Below, one piece after another: positions 39,563 through 48,963 of a DNA stretch of 64,000 nucleotides (the stretch's first letter is position 1; each line of letters begins with the position of its first letter). This DNA comes from an uncultured Candidatus Sumerlaeota bacterium (lineage in GTDB: Bacteria; CAYMEV01). The notes under the pieces are model-generated. The model ran no database searches. It was not told the origin of the DNA and was given only the letters and a program-made list of their open reading frames with translations. The position numbers were made by a program, and so were the translations under genes. The stretch lies in assembly GCA_964389675.1 (NCBI GenBank), contig CAYMEV010000001.1:1-64000 (forward strand), in the 5' to 3' direction.

Positions 39563-40447
39563 TCACTTTAATGAGTCTGCCAGCAGATTCAGCACCTTTT
39601 CTGCCACAGACGCCCCATGTATCTTTTCAAAGGCCTCAAAACCGGGTGACTCATTTATCTCGAGAAAAACAGGATTTCCATCCCTTTTGATTATATAATC
39701 TATTCCTGCAAACCTTAAGCCAGTTTTTTTCATAAGAAGCCTCGATCTGGATATGAGATCCAGGCCAGGGTCATATCTGAAGACATTCCCTCCCCTGTGG
39801 AAATTGGACCTGAATTCCTCTGTCTTTGATTCCCTGGAATATGCCCCGAGATATTCCTGATCGAAAAAGAGAAGCCTCACATCAAATTTCTTCTCACAAG
39901 CATTAAAAAAATGCTGTATCATGAATATCTCGTTTTTATCCCACAGATAATCTGCTATGGCCTGCATTGTCTCTGTATCCCGCGCCAGCATGACACCAAT
40001 ACCCTGTGTGCCTGTCTGTATCTTTATGATAAATGGAGGTTTAACCTTATTTTCCACAGCTGATGCAAGATCCGAGGCATAAGCCGGAAAAAATGTAGGA
40101 GGTATCTCTATCTGAAGTTCTCTGGCGATATTAAGGGAAACGAACTTGTTTTTACCGTATATCACAGAATCAAAGGGGTTGATTATGGGTATCCCGTTTA
40201 TTTTGCAGTAATAGCCAATGAGAAAGCCAAAAGGGTATCCCCTTGCTCCAAACCTGTTGATTACGGCATCAGGCATTTCTATAGCCTGATTTTTCACAAA
40301 TAGCTGATATTTCTTTTTGTCATTGAGGTTTATTGATATTTCAAGAGGATTGACATAATTAAGGTCCATATTCATCTTTCCGGATGCCTCCAGAAAGCGT
40401 TTTGTTGTATAAAGGCCTCTATCCTTTGATATTAATAGAACATTCAT
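39563..40447 (-). CDS. RimK-family ATP-grasp ligase
   Basis: GTQGIGV, DVR, FRSNFHRGG, FAGID, EINESPG. Confidence 0.85.
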   Translation of the reverse strand: MNVLLISKDRGLYTTKRFLEASGKMNMDLNYVNPLEISINLNDKKKYQLFVKNQAIEMPDAVINRFGARGYPFGFLIGYYCKINGIPIINPFDSVIYGKNKFVSLNIARELQIEIPPTFFPAYASDLASAVENKVKPPFIIKIQTGTQGIGVMLARDTETMQAIADYLWDKNEIFMIQHFFNACEKKFDVRLLFFDQEYLGAYSRESKTEEFRSNFHRGGNVFRYDPGLDLISRSRLLMKKTGLRFAGIDYIIKRDGNPVFLEINESPGFEAFEKIHGASVAEKVLNLLADSLK

Positions 40448-40917
40448 AACAGGCCATACAGTTTATTAGCAAAGAACTGATAAACGGAGTATTTTATCTC
40501 TTCAAATATTTTTTTGTAGAAGGCATAATCCATTCCAAACGGGTCAGTGATCTCCCTCTCAATATACCTGCCATCTGCCAGATCAGCAAGAAAGTAGATC
40601 CTGCTTCCCTCTGATACACGGTTTATATATCTCTTATGGGTTTTATCCAGTACGATTATCAGTTTTGAATCCGAGATAATACTGTTATTTATCATGGTAG
40701 ACCTGAACCCATAAGGATCTATACCCAGATCCTCCAGTAACAAGGCCATTTCTCCCGTGATCGGGACACCATCTATAGTGTTAGTACCTGCTGATGATAT
40801 AGTCAGCTCTTCATATTCAGCGGAATGCCCTGCACAATTCTGAGCAATCAGCATTGCAGAAGGGCTTCTGCATATATTTCCCGTGCAGACAAAAAGCAGG
40901 TCTATACTCTTTGACAT
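40444..40917 (-). CDS. Low-molecular-weight protein phosphatase
   Basis: FVCTGNICRS P-loop, SAGT, DPFG. Confidence 0.88.
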   Translation of the reverse strand: MSKSIDLLFVCTGNICRSPSAMLIAQNCAGHSAEYEELTISSAGTNTIDGVPITGEMALLLEDLGIDPYGFRSTMINNSIISDSKLIIVLDKTHKRYINRVSEGSRIYFLADLADGRYIEREITDPFGMDYAFYKKIFEEIKYSVYQFFANKLYGLL

Positions 40918-41990
40918 TTCTCTCTTATCCGTTTGAATATTTGCCTGTCAGCATCCTTATCCTGGAATTCAAGACTTATTTTCAGAAAGAGCAGTTCCTT
41001 ATCAAAGGCTGGTTTCAGCTTAATCAGCTTATAATAATCCTTCTCAGTTGTCAAATAGAATCCGAAATCAAGCTGTTTTGTCCTGTCCTTTATCTCCTGT
41101 AGATCATTTTCAGTATATCTGTGGTGATCCATAAAGGTTATATGCTCAGCTACCTGAATACCGAATGATGTGCTTGTGTCAAAGAATGAACCGTTATTCC
41201 CTATTGCGGATATCAATACAGCCATGTCTTTGAGTGAAATATCCCTGATACCCCTGCAGTCAGATATACCCTCCACCTTATAATCTGCATATATTATCGG
41301 CTTATCATATTTTTTTAAAAGTAATTCCAGATCAGGGTTCTTCTCAGAGCCTGATATTATAAAGCAATGTGCCTTATTCAGCGTCCACAGGGGCTGCCGC
41401 AGAGGGCCTGCAGGAAACAGATGCCTGTTTCCAAACCCTCTCCTGCCATCAACTGCAAGACAACTGTATGAATTAATATCAATATGCCTGAACGAGTCAT
41501 CCATTATTATAGCCTCTGCACCATATGATCCGCAGGCAGTTTGTATAAGCTTCTTTCTGTTGCTCCCTACAAGCATTATGCAATCAGGCAGCCTGTTCTT
41601 TATCATGAAGGGTTCATCTCCAATTTCTTCGAGATAAAATCCCTTTTGGCCAGGCTTCAGAATAATATCCCCGGATGATTTTCTCCTGTACCCCCTTGAT
41701 ATGACTGCAATCTTTCCAAAGCCATTATTTTTAAAAAGGCTGAAAAGATTAATCACCAGGGGAGTTTTGCCTGTGCCTCCAAGATTTATATTCCCTATTG
41801 ATACTACTGGTACCGGAACATCTAATGTCCTGCATATTCTACGCTTTATATAACTCAGATAAAAGCCGAGTGAGTAAAGGAGTTCAAAAGGCTTTAATAC
41901 CATTATGAGAAGCTTTTCAAAAAGTTTCTCATATCTGCTTTTGTAGATCAGGTCTTCATAGTTTCTGTATATCTTTGTCAATATCATCAA
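40902..41990 (-). CDS. lpxK: Tetraacyldisaccharide 4'-kinase
   Basis: SIGNINLGGTGKTP, SRGY, GDEP, PAGPLR, DHH, TTEKD. Confidence 0.93.
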   Translation of the reverse strand: MMILTKIYRNYEDLIYKSRYEKLFEKLLIMVLKPFELLYSLGFYLSYIKRRICRTLDVPVPVVSIGNINLGGTGKTPLVINLFSLFKNNGFGKIAVISRGYRRKSSGDIILKPGQKGFYLEEIGDEPFMIKNRLPDCIMLVGSNRKKLIQTACGSYGAEAIIMDDSFRHIDINSYSCLAVDGRRGFGNRHLFPAGPLRQPLWTLNKAHCFIISGSEKNPDLELLLKKYDKPIIYADYKVEGISDCRGIRDISLKDMAVLISAIGNNGSFFDTSTSFGIQVAEHITFMDHHRYTENDLQEIKDRTKQLDFGFYLTTEKDYYKLIKLKPAFDKELLFLKISLEFQDKDADRQIFKRIREKCQRV

Positions 41991-43227
41991 TTATTAACCT
42001 TTGGGTTTTATCAAGAGCTCCCCTGTTTGAGTCAAGAACATTTTTTGCATTCTCTCCAAGCCGGGACCTGTATTCCTCATCATCTAAAAGCCTTATCATG
42101 GCATTATACAGGTCATCAGCATCATCTGCAATGATGACGGCATTCTTATCCCTGAAATCGTTGATTATCCTTGAAAAATTATGATAGTATCTTCCTGTAA
42201 TAATGGCCTTTGACCAGTACGCAGGTTCAAGTATATTATGTCCACCGATCTTCACGAGCGATCCTCCTACAAAAGCGATATCAGCAAGCGCATAGATATA
42301 TTTCAGTTCTCCTATGGTATTGATCACAAGGACATCCCAGTCCTGCATCCCTTTCGGGAACGGTTTTCTTTTTACTGTAATAAAGCCTTTATTTGCAATT
42401 CTGCTGTAAACAGAGTCAAATCGGTGAGGGTGGCGGGGAGCGATTATGAGCTTCAGGTTATCATACCGGCCTTTTAACCTGTTAAATGTCTCAGTGAGAA
42501 TATCCTCCTCCTTTTCAAATGTTGAGCCGGCAACAATAACAATATTGCCATCCCTGATACCGAATTCCCTCTGGTATCCTTCAATCCTTCCCCCTTCATC
42601 AAAGTCAGACAGGTCATATTTAATATTGCCGGCTTCAAGGATTCTGTCATCATCGACACCTAAATCAGAGAACCTTTGTACTTCAGTACCTGACTGCACC
42701 AGTATCCTGTCGAAGCTGTTCAATATAGGGCCAAAGAAAAACCTGAGACTTCTGTACTTTGGAAAAGACCTTTCTGAAAGCCTGGCATTAATTAAATAGA
42801 GCTTAATGCCCGCTTGTTTTGCCTGAATAATATACTCAGGCCACAGCTCTGTTTCGACAAATATTGATGCTGCAATTTCATGGTTTTTAAGGAAGCTTTT
42901 CACAAAGGGATAGTTATCAAGGGGGAATGCGGCAACATTGGCATCATCCTGACCTAAAAGATATTTAAATCCTGAATCGGTTATCGTTGTATAAAGTACA
43001 CTGTACCTGTCTTTGATGGATTTCCCGATCTTATACCCTATCATCGCCTCTCCGAGGCTGACACAGTGTATATGGACACATGGCCTGCCACATGATTCAT
43101 GATATATTCCTATTCTCTGAAGCATATGATATATCTTTCTCTTTTTAATCAGGCTGTATAATATGTAGTATGCTGATATAAAAGGCATGAGAAGCATGCC
43201 GGCAATATTATATAGCAGTCTAAGCAT
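41956..43227 (-). CDS. waaA: 3-deoxy-D-manno-octulosonic acid transferase
   Basis: HCVSLGE, ETELWP, NARLS, GNIKYD, APRHP, GGHNILEP. Confidence 0.93.
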   Translation of the reverse strand: MLRLLYNIAGMLLMPFISAYYILYSLIKKRKIYHMLQRIGIYHESCGRPCVHIHCVSLGEAMIGYKIGKSIKDRYSVLYTTITDSGFKYLLGQDDANVAAFPLDNYPFVKSFLKNHEIAASIFVETELWPEYIIQAKQAGIKLYLINARLSERSFPKYRSLRFFFGPILNSFDRILVQSGTEVQRFSDLGVDDDRILEAGNIKYDLSDFDEGGRIEGYQREFGIRDGNIVIVAGSTFEKEEDILTETFNRLKGRYDNLKLIIAPRHPHRFDSVYSRIANKGFITVKRKPFPKGMQDWDVLVINTIGELKYIYALADIAFVGGSLVKIGGHNILEPAYWSKAIITGRYYHNFSRIINDFRDKNAVIIADDADDLYNAMIRLLDDEEYRSRLGENAKNVLDSNRGALDKTQRLIIDDIDKDIQKL

Positions 43228-43242
43228 TTATGTCTCTTTGTA

Positions 43243-43398
43243 CTATTCCTCCTCTTCATTGTCGATATATCGTCCGGGCTTATACTTATCATCCTTCTTC
43301 CTTGTTTTTGAAATTACATAGTACTTGATAAAAAGTACGAAAAACAGGAAAGAGGATAGAATTATTCCCAAAGCAATATATATTAAAGTATCCAGCAT
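43243..43398 (-). CDS. Small single-TM protein (51 aa, not in ORF track)
   Basis: Translated by hand: MLDTLIYIALGIILSSFLFFVLFIKYYVISKTRKKDDKYKPGRYIDNEEEE; directly upstream of waaA. Confidence 0.55.
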   Translation of the reverse strand: MLDTLIYIALGIILSSFLFFVLFIKYYVISKTRKKDDKYKPGRYIDNEEEE

Positions 43399-43620
43399 CA
43401 GATTGCTAAAACAGGTTTATAACCTCTTTTCTAATAAGTCCTTGATCCAGATAGGAATAATATATTAATTTTCATATTTTGCAAATATATTAAGATATCA
43501 GCTTCAGCTGATATTTATAAGCACAGACAGAAATTCGGAGCCCTGATTAAAGGGGTCTCAAGAGCTGTGTTTAGCAGACCGGACTTAATGATAAATCAAG
43601 ATGAGCAGATCTATTATGCT

Positions 43621-44064
43621 TTATTCAATCCTTGTAAGCATCATTGAATATTCTGAAGTTTTTTCAACGGGGAATTCAGCTGGATAATTACTGTCCGGAG
43701 AGGTATATATCTCCAGTTCATTTTCTGATAAAACCCGGATAATACCAAAACGCGTCGTCCACTCAGATCCCGGGTCATTACACCCCTTAAGGCAGATATC
43801 TATCCTTGCCGGCTCTGTATCAGCTTTCAATATATACTCACCCTCAGTCTTTACGCCTGTCCCGTCCTTATGCTTCTCATCCATCTGATATCTGTTGTTC
43901 TCATAAAATACGATAAAACCGCTTTCCAGCCTGTCATTGGCTGCTATTTCCCATTTTCCGGCAACAGCATCTTTCAGTACCGGCTTCTCCCCTGCAACAA
44001 TAGAACCCGATATAACAGCCAAAATAAAAATTGCAGCAGCTAATTTTGCGATTATTTCTTTCAT
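43621..44064 (-). CDS. Secreted hypothetical protein (possible lipocalin-like barrel)
   Basis: AAGGAG RBS, signal peptide, GKW motif, beta-rich sequence. Confidence 0.65.
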   Translation of the reverse strand: MKEIIAKLAAAIFILAVISGSIVAGEKPVLKDAVAGKWEIAANDRLESGFIVFYENNRYQMDEKHKDGTGVKTEGEYILKADTEPARIDICLKGCNDPGSEWTTRFGIIRVLSENELEIYTSPDSNYPAEFPVEKTSEYSMMLTRIE

Positions 44065-44342
44065 GTGTCATTACTCCTTTCAAATAGAAAATGATATTTT
44101 CTTCCAGTTGTCATCTATTTATATATATACTTGAATCCCTGATTTTTCAAAGTCAAATCATCCTGTTTCCAAACTATTTTAATCCTCTTATGTCTAATTT
44201 TAATACTATAATTGCATAATCTCTCCTTTTTTAAATCAATAGCGGTCTTTTTTTTTGACATTCCTGCTTATAAATTTAATAATGAAAACAAAGGAATTAT
44301 TCCTTCTTTTCTTCTTAAAATTTCTTATATACGGGGGTGCAT

Positions 44343-45431
44343 ATGGAAGATATAAAGATTCTCGCAATAAATCCTGGATCTACTTCTACAAAAATAGCTG
44401 TCTTTGAATACAAGGACAGAAAACACAATCTAATTCTTAAAAAGAATATTGATCATCCGAGCGAAGAGATACAAAAATACCACAAGATCATAGACCAGTA
44501 CCATTTTCGTGCAGAACTCATAAAGTCAGCCCTGAAGGAAAATGGTATAGATATAAACAGCCTTTCCTGTGTTGTCGGCCGGGGGGGATTGTTTAAACCG
44601 GTAAGAAGCGGTACATATCTTGTTAATCAGAAAATGATGGATGATATCAAAAGCCCTGATACACTTGAGCATGCATCCAACCTCGGATGCCTTATGGCCT
44701 ATGATATTGCTGGCAGTATCGGAAAAAAGGCATTCATAGTCGACCCTGTCGTTGTTGATGAACTTGAGGACATAGCACGCTATTCAGGCCTTAAGAATTA
44801 TCCTCGCACAAGTATATTCCATGCGCTGAACCAGAAGGCAATTGCACTGAAATGTGCCGAAGATCATGGCAAAGACTACAGGGAACTCAATATGATAGTT
44901 GTACATCTTGGCGGTGGTATCACAATCGGGGCACATAAAAAGGGGCTTGTGGTTGACGTCAACAATGGCCTGACAGGAGAAGGGCCATTCTCCCCTGAAA
45001 GGGCAGGCGGCATAGCAGTATTTGATATAATTGAACTCTGTTTTTCAGAAGGCATGACAAAACAGAAGGCAAAAAAGGCTGTCGTTGGCAAGGGAGGAAT
45101 AGTCAACTACCTGGGTACCAATGATATGAGAGAGGTTGAAAACAGGGTTAAAAACGGGGACAGATATGCTGAGGCTGTCTTTGATGCAATGTGCTATCAG
45201 GTGACAAAAGAGATCGGGGCTATGACAGCAGCCGTTTTTGCAGGAAAAGTCGACTTTATTGTTCTTACAGGCGGAATAGCATACGACAGGAGGCTTGTCT
45301 CATTCATAGAAGAAAGGACAAAATTCATTGCACCTCTTAAGGCCTATCCAGGGGAAGATGAGATGATGGCCCTTTATCTGGGAGGGTTGAGAGTAATAAA
45401 AGGGATTGATAAAGAGCTTTCATATGAATAG
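44343..45431 (+). CDS. buk: Butyrate (branched-chain carboxylate) kinase
   Basis: INPGSTSTK, GRGG, HASNLG, DPVVVDE, HALNQKA, GPFSPER. Confidence 0.95.
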   Translation: MEDIKILAINPGSTSTKIAVFEYKDRKHNLILKKNIDHPSEEIQKYHKIIDQYHFRAELIKSALKENGIDINSLSCVVGRGGLFKPVRSGTYLVNQKMMDDIKSPDTLEHASNLGCLMAYDIAGSIGKKAFIVDPVVVDELEDIARYSGLKNYPRTSIFHALNQKAIALKCAEDHGKDYRELNMIVVHLGGGITIGAHKKGLVVDVNNGLTGEGPFSPERAGGIAVFDIIELCFSEGMTKQKAKKAVVGKGGIVNYLGTNDMREVENRVKNGDRYAEAVFDAMCYQVTKEIGAMTAAVFAGKVDFIVLTGGIAYDRRLVSFIEERTKFIAPLKAYPGEDEMMALYLGGLRVIKGIDKELSYE

Positions 45432-46170
45432 ATCAGGGTATTATACAGCCAGGGAAGGGCTATGGGCTTTTTTAGGAAACTACGGGAGCGGTAAAACTGA
45501 GATTGCAGTAAACTATGCAATTTCAGGCGCTTTTAACGGGACAGCCCCGGTTTCAATAATAGACCTGGATATAATCAATCCATATTTCAGGTCCAGAGAA
45601 GTGGAGGATATACTCCAAAAATACGATATCAATGTAATAAGCCCCAAAGGAGAACTAAAATATGCTGACCTCCCCATAATTCTTCCCAATGTCAAGAGTT
45701 CCATAAAGGATTTCAAAGGACTGCTTGTCCTGGACATTGGCGGTGAAGATACAGGGGCAAATATAATCAGGCCCTTTAAGCATTTTCTTGAAAAGGATAA
45801 TTCAAACATATGCATGGTCATAAACATGAAAAGGCCATTTACAAGCGATGAGAAAAGCATTCTGGAAACAAAAAGGAGAATAGAGGAAAAAAGCGAGCTG
45901 AGAATAGACTTTTTTATTAATAACACAAACCTGATAGAACAGACGGATGCTGAAATCATTACTAAAAGCCATAAGACAATAAAGAAAGCGGCAGAAGCTG
46001 CTAAGACACAGTTCCTGTTTACTGCAGTAATGAAGGAACATGTCTCTGCAATTAATTCATCAATAGAGCCGAATGAGCTTTTTGTTCTTGAAAGATTCAT
46101 GCTTCCGCCCTGGTATTCAGATATTCAGAGATTCAAACCTCTGAAGGACCGGAGATCATTTATAATATAA
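45424..46170 (+). CDS. P-loop ATP-binding protein of unknown function
   Basis: GNYGSGKTE Walker A, DLDIINPYFRSRE, ADLP, LDIGG; start taken at the ATG overlapping the buk stop. Confidence 0.75.
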   Translation: MNRSGYYTAREGLWAFLGNYGSGKTEIAVNYAISGAFNGTAPVSIIDLDIINPYFRSREVEDILQKYDINVISPKGELKYADLPIILPNVKSSIKDFKGLLVLDIGGEDTGANIIRPFKHFLEKDNSNICMVINMKRPFTSDEKSILETKRRIEEKSELRIDFFINNTNLIEQTDAEIITKSHKTIKKAAEAAKTQFLFTAVMKEHVSAINSSIEPNELFVLERFMLPPWYSDIQRFKPLKDRRSFII

Positions 46171-46190
46171 TATAAAAGGAGGATTTTTTA

Positions 46191-46460
46191 ATGCCAACAG
46201 TTAGGATAAAAAAGGACACCTGCAAGGGCTGCGAGCTTTGCGTCAACTTCTGTCCTAAGAAAGTACTCATGATGTCGGATGAATATACCGCGCTTAAGAA
46301 TCAGAACCCGCCCGACGATACCCTTGATGATCTTAATCTAAACGGGGAGATAAATTCCAAGGGATACAAATATGCTGTACTGGTAAAAGAAAGCGGCTGT
46401 ATAGGCTGTGCCACATGTTCCAGGGTATGCCCTGAAGTGGCGATCACTGTATACAAATAA
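46191..46460 (+). CDS. 2x[4Fe-4S] ferredoxin (oxidoreductase delta subunit)
   Basis: CKGCELCVNFCP and CIGCATCSRVCP; AGGAGG RBS. Confidence 0.9.
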   Translation: MPTVRIKKDTCKGCELCVNFCPKKVLMMSDEYTALKNQNPPDDTLDDLNLNGEINSKGYKYAVLVKESGCIGCATCSRVCPEVAITVYK

Positions 46461-46482
46461 TTAATATTAAGGAGAATTACAT

Positions 46483-47541
46483 ATGCAAAAGGTATTAATG
46501 AAAGGCTGCGAAGCCATAGGCGAAGCCGCGATAAAATCCGGCTGCAAATACTTTTTTGGATATCCGATTACACCGCAGAATGAAATCCCTGAGTACATGT
46601 CAAGAAGGCTTCCTCAGGTGGGTGGTGTATATCTGCAGTCAGAAAGTGAAGTTGCAGCAATAAATATGATTTTTGGCGGAGCTGGCGCAGGAATAAGGGT
46701 TATGACCTCTTCTTCTTCACCAGGTGTTTCTCTGTATTCGGAAGGTTTGTCATATATTGCTGGTGCAGCCCTGCCATGCCTTATAATTAATGTTATGAGG
46801 GGAGGCCCGGGGCTTGGAGGTATCCAGCCTTCACAATCGGATTATTTCCAGGCTACAAAGGGAGGCGGCCATGGGGACTACAGGCTTATAGTCCTTGCTC
46901 CTTCAACTGTCCAGGAAGCTGTTGACCTTGTATCAAAAGCATTTGACCTTGCCGATAAATACAGGAATCCCGCAATGATACTTGCTGACGGGATTATAGG
47001 CCAGATGATGGAACCAGTTGTATTTCCCGAAACAAGCCAGAAAGAATATGATAAAAGCTGGGCAACCACCGGAAGAAAGGGTGGAAGGCCGCAGAACATA
47101 GTGAAATCACTCCTGCTGGATCCTGAACAGCTTGAGAAATGGAACTGGGATTTAAAGAAAAAATACGATACTATCAGGGAAAATGAGCAGATTGCAGAGG
47201 AATATATGCTGGATGATGCAGAGTATCTTATTGCAGCATACGGAACAACTGCAAGGATATGCAGGACCTCAATACAGTCCCTGAGGAATGAAGGATACAA
47301 GGTCGGAATGCTAAGGCCCATATCACTGTTCCCGTTCCCTGAAAGGACTTTTGAAAAATACATAAACAGAGTGAAATTTATCTTTGATATAGAAATGTCC
47401 ACAGGACAGATGATTGAGGATGTAAAGCTTGCAACACAGTGCAAGCTTCCTGTTCACTTTTACGGCAGGACAGGCGGTATGGTACCTTCACCGGAGGAAA
47501 TTGCAGAAAAATTCAAGGAATTAGTTAAACAAGGAGATTAG
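46483..47541 (+). CDS. vorB: 2-oxoacid:ferredoxin oxidoreductase alpha subunit (VorB-type)
   Basis: FGYPITPQ, SESEVAA, TSSSSPG, RGGPGLG, KGGGHGD. Confidence 0.85.
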   Translation: MQKVLMKGCEAIGEAAIKSGCKYFFGYPITPQNEIPEYMSRRLPQVGGVYLQSESEVAAINMIFGGAGAGIRVMTSSSSPGVSLYSEGLSYIAGAALPCLIINVMRGGPGLGGIQPSQSDYFQATKGGGHGDYRLIVLAPSTVQEAVDLVSKAFDLADKYRNPAMILADGIIGQMMEPVVFPETSQKEYDKSWATTGRKGGRPQNIVKSLLLDPEQLEKWNWDLKKKYDTIRENEQIAEEYMLDDAEYLIAAYGTTARICRTSIQSLRNEGYKVGMLRPISLFPFPERTFEKYINRVKFIFDIEMSTGQMIEDVKLATQCKLPVHFYGRTGGMVPSPEEIAEKFKELVKQGD

Positions 47542-47543
47542 CA

Positions 47544-48308
47544 ATGGAAAATATAGAAAATATGAAAATTGTATTCCAAAAGACAGAATCCTTATATGAA
47601 AGGCCTACACACTACTGCCCGGGTTGCACTCATGGAATAGCCCACAGGCTTGTTGCCGAGGCAATAGATGAGCTTGGCGTGGCGGACAGGGCAGTTGGGG
47701 TTGCACCTGTAGGATGCAGTGTTCTTATGTATAATTATCTTAATGTTGATTTTCAGGAAGCCGCCCATGGAAGGGCCCCTGCCCTGGCGACGGGGATCAA
47801 GAGGGTAAGGCCTGACACTATTGTATTCACATATCAGGGTGACGGCGACCTTGCATCCATCGGTACTGCAGAGATTATCCACGCTGCAAACAGGGGTGAA
47901 AAGATTACAGTTATATTCATAAATAATGCTATCTACGGCATGACTGGCGGGCAGATGGCACCCACCACGCTTGTCGGGCAAAAAACATCCACATCGCCCT
48001 ATGGAAGGGACCCGGAGCTGATAGGTTACCCCATAAGGATGGCAGAGCTTCTTGCAACACTCAAGGCTCCGTCATATATCGTACGTGAATCACTGCACAA
48101 GCCTGCAAATATAATCAAGGCAAAAAAGGCTGTAAAGAAGGCTTTTGAAAACCAGGTCAAGGGTAAGCCATTCTCTTTTGTTGAACTGTTATCCACATGC
48201 CCCACAAACTGGGGGATGACTCCAATCCAGGCGCTTGACTGGCTGGAACAAAACATGATACCCTATTACCCTCTTGGCGAATTTAAAAATATAGATGGAG
48301 GAAATTAG
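47544..48308 (+). CDS. 2-oxoacid:ferredoxin oxidoreductase beta subunit (TPP-binding)
   Basis: HYCPGCTHG, HGRA, YQGDGD, NNAIYGMTGGQ, CPTNW. Confidence 0.92.
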   Translation: MENIENMKIVFQKTESLYERPTHYCPGCTHGIAHRLVAEAIDELGVADRAVGVAPVGCSVLMYNYLNVDFQEAAHGRAPALATGIKRVRPDTIVFTYQGDGDLASIGTAEIIHAANRGEKITVIFINNAIYGMTGGQMAPTTLVGQKTSTSPYGRDPELIGYPIRMAELLATLKAPSYIVRESLHKPANIIKAKKAVKKAFENQVKGKPFSFVELLSTCPTNWGMTPIQALDWLEQNMIPYYPLGEFKNIDGGN

Positions 48309-48310
48309 AT

Positions 48311-48847
48311 ATGTACTCTGATGTAATAATGGCAGGATTCGGCGGACAGGGAGTTATGCTCATAGGCAAGATACTGGCCTACTGCGGTATGATTGAAGAC
48401 AAACATGTAGTATGGATACCTTCATATGGGCCTGAAATGCGCGGAGGCACTGCAAACTGCACAGTTGTGGTCTCTGATGAACCCATTGCTTCGCCAATAA
48501 TAGCAAACCCTCATGCAATCGTTGTCCTCAATAAACCTTCCCTCGATAAATTTGAACCGAAAGTCAAAAAAAACGGACTGATAATAATAAACGAGACGCT
48601 TATTGACAGAAAGACAAACAGAGATGATGTGAAATGCCTGTACACCCCAGGCAATAGAATAGCCATGGAACTTGGCAATGCCAAGGCTACAAACATGGTC
48701 ATGTTCGGCACTTATATCGGCGCTACAAAGATAATCAGGAAAGAGAGCGCCATAAAAGGAATTGAGGATACCCTGAAATCAAAGCCCAAATTGGTTCCGC
48801 TTAATATACAGGCCTTCGAAAAAGGATATGAAATAGGCTTGCAATAG
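48311..48847 (+). CDS. 2-oxoacid:ferredoxin oxidoreductase gamma subunit
   Basis: AGFGGQG, PSYGPEMRGGTA, NMVMFG. Confidence 0.92.
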   Translation: MYSDVIMAGFGGQGVMLIGKILAYCGMIEDKHVVWIPSYGPEMRGGTANCTVVVSDEPIASPIIANPHAIVVLNKPSLDKFEPKVKKNGLIIINETLIDRKTNRDDVKCLYTPGNRIAMELGNAKATNMVMFGTYIGATKIIRKESAIKGIEDTLKSKPKLVPLNIQAFEKGYEIGLQ

Positions 48848-48854
48848 CTGCTTC

Positions 48855-48883
48855 TGCCCCTGAAGAAAAAATCTTCAGGGGCA
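48855..48883 (+). terminator. 12-bp hairpin after the oxidoreductase operon (no U-tract)
   Basis: TGCCCCTGAAGA-aaaaa-TCTTCAGGGGCA. Confidence 0.5.
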
Positions 48884-48963
48884 TAGTATCATTATATTTA
48901 CAGCTATCAGATATAATATATAATATATTATCAGCACGGTTTTTATAGCAGGAGGAACTGGTT

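Noticed and set aside
45513-47444. Long antisense ORFs (195 aa at 45513-46100, 188 aa at 46878-47444) and similar shadow ORFs across the window
   Set aside because: They lie opposite well-supported genes and have no motifs; expected from codon bias
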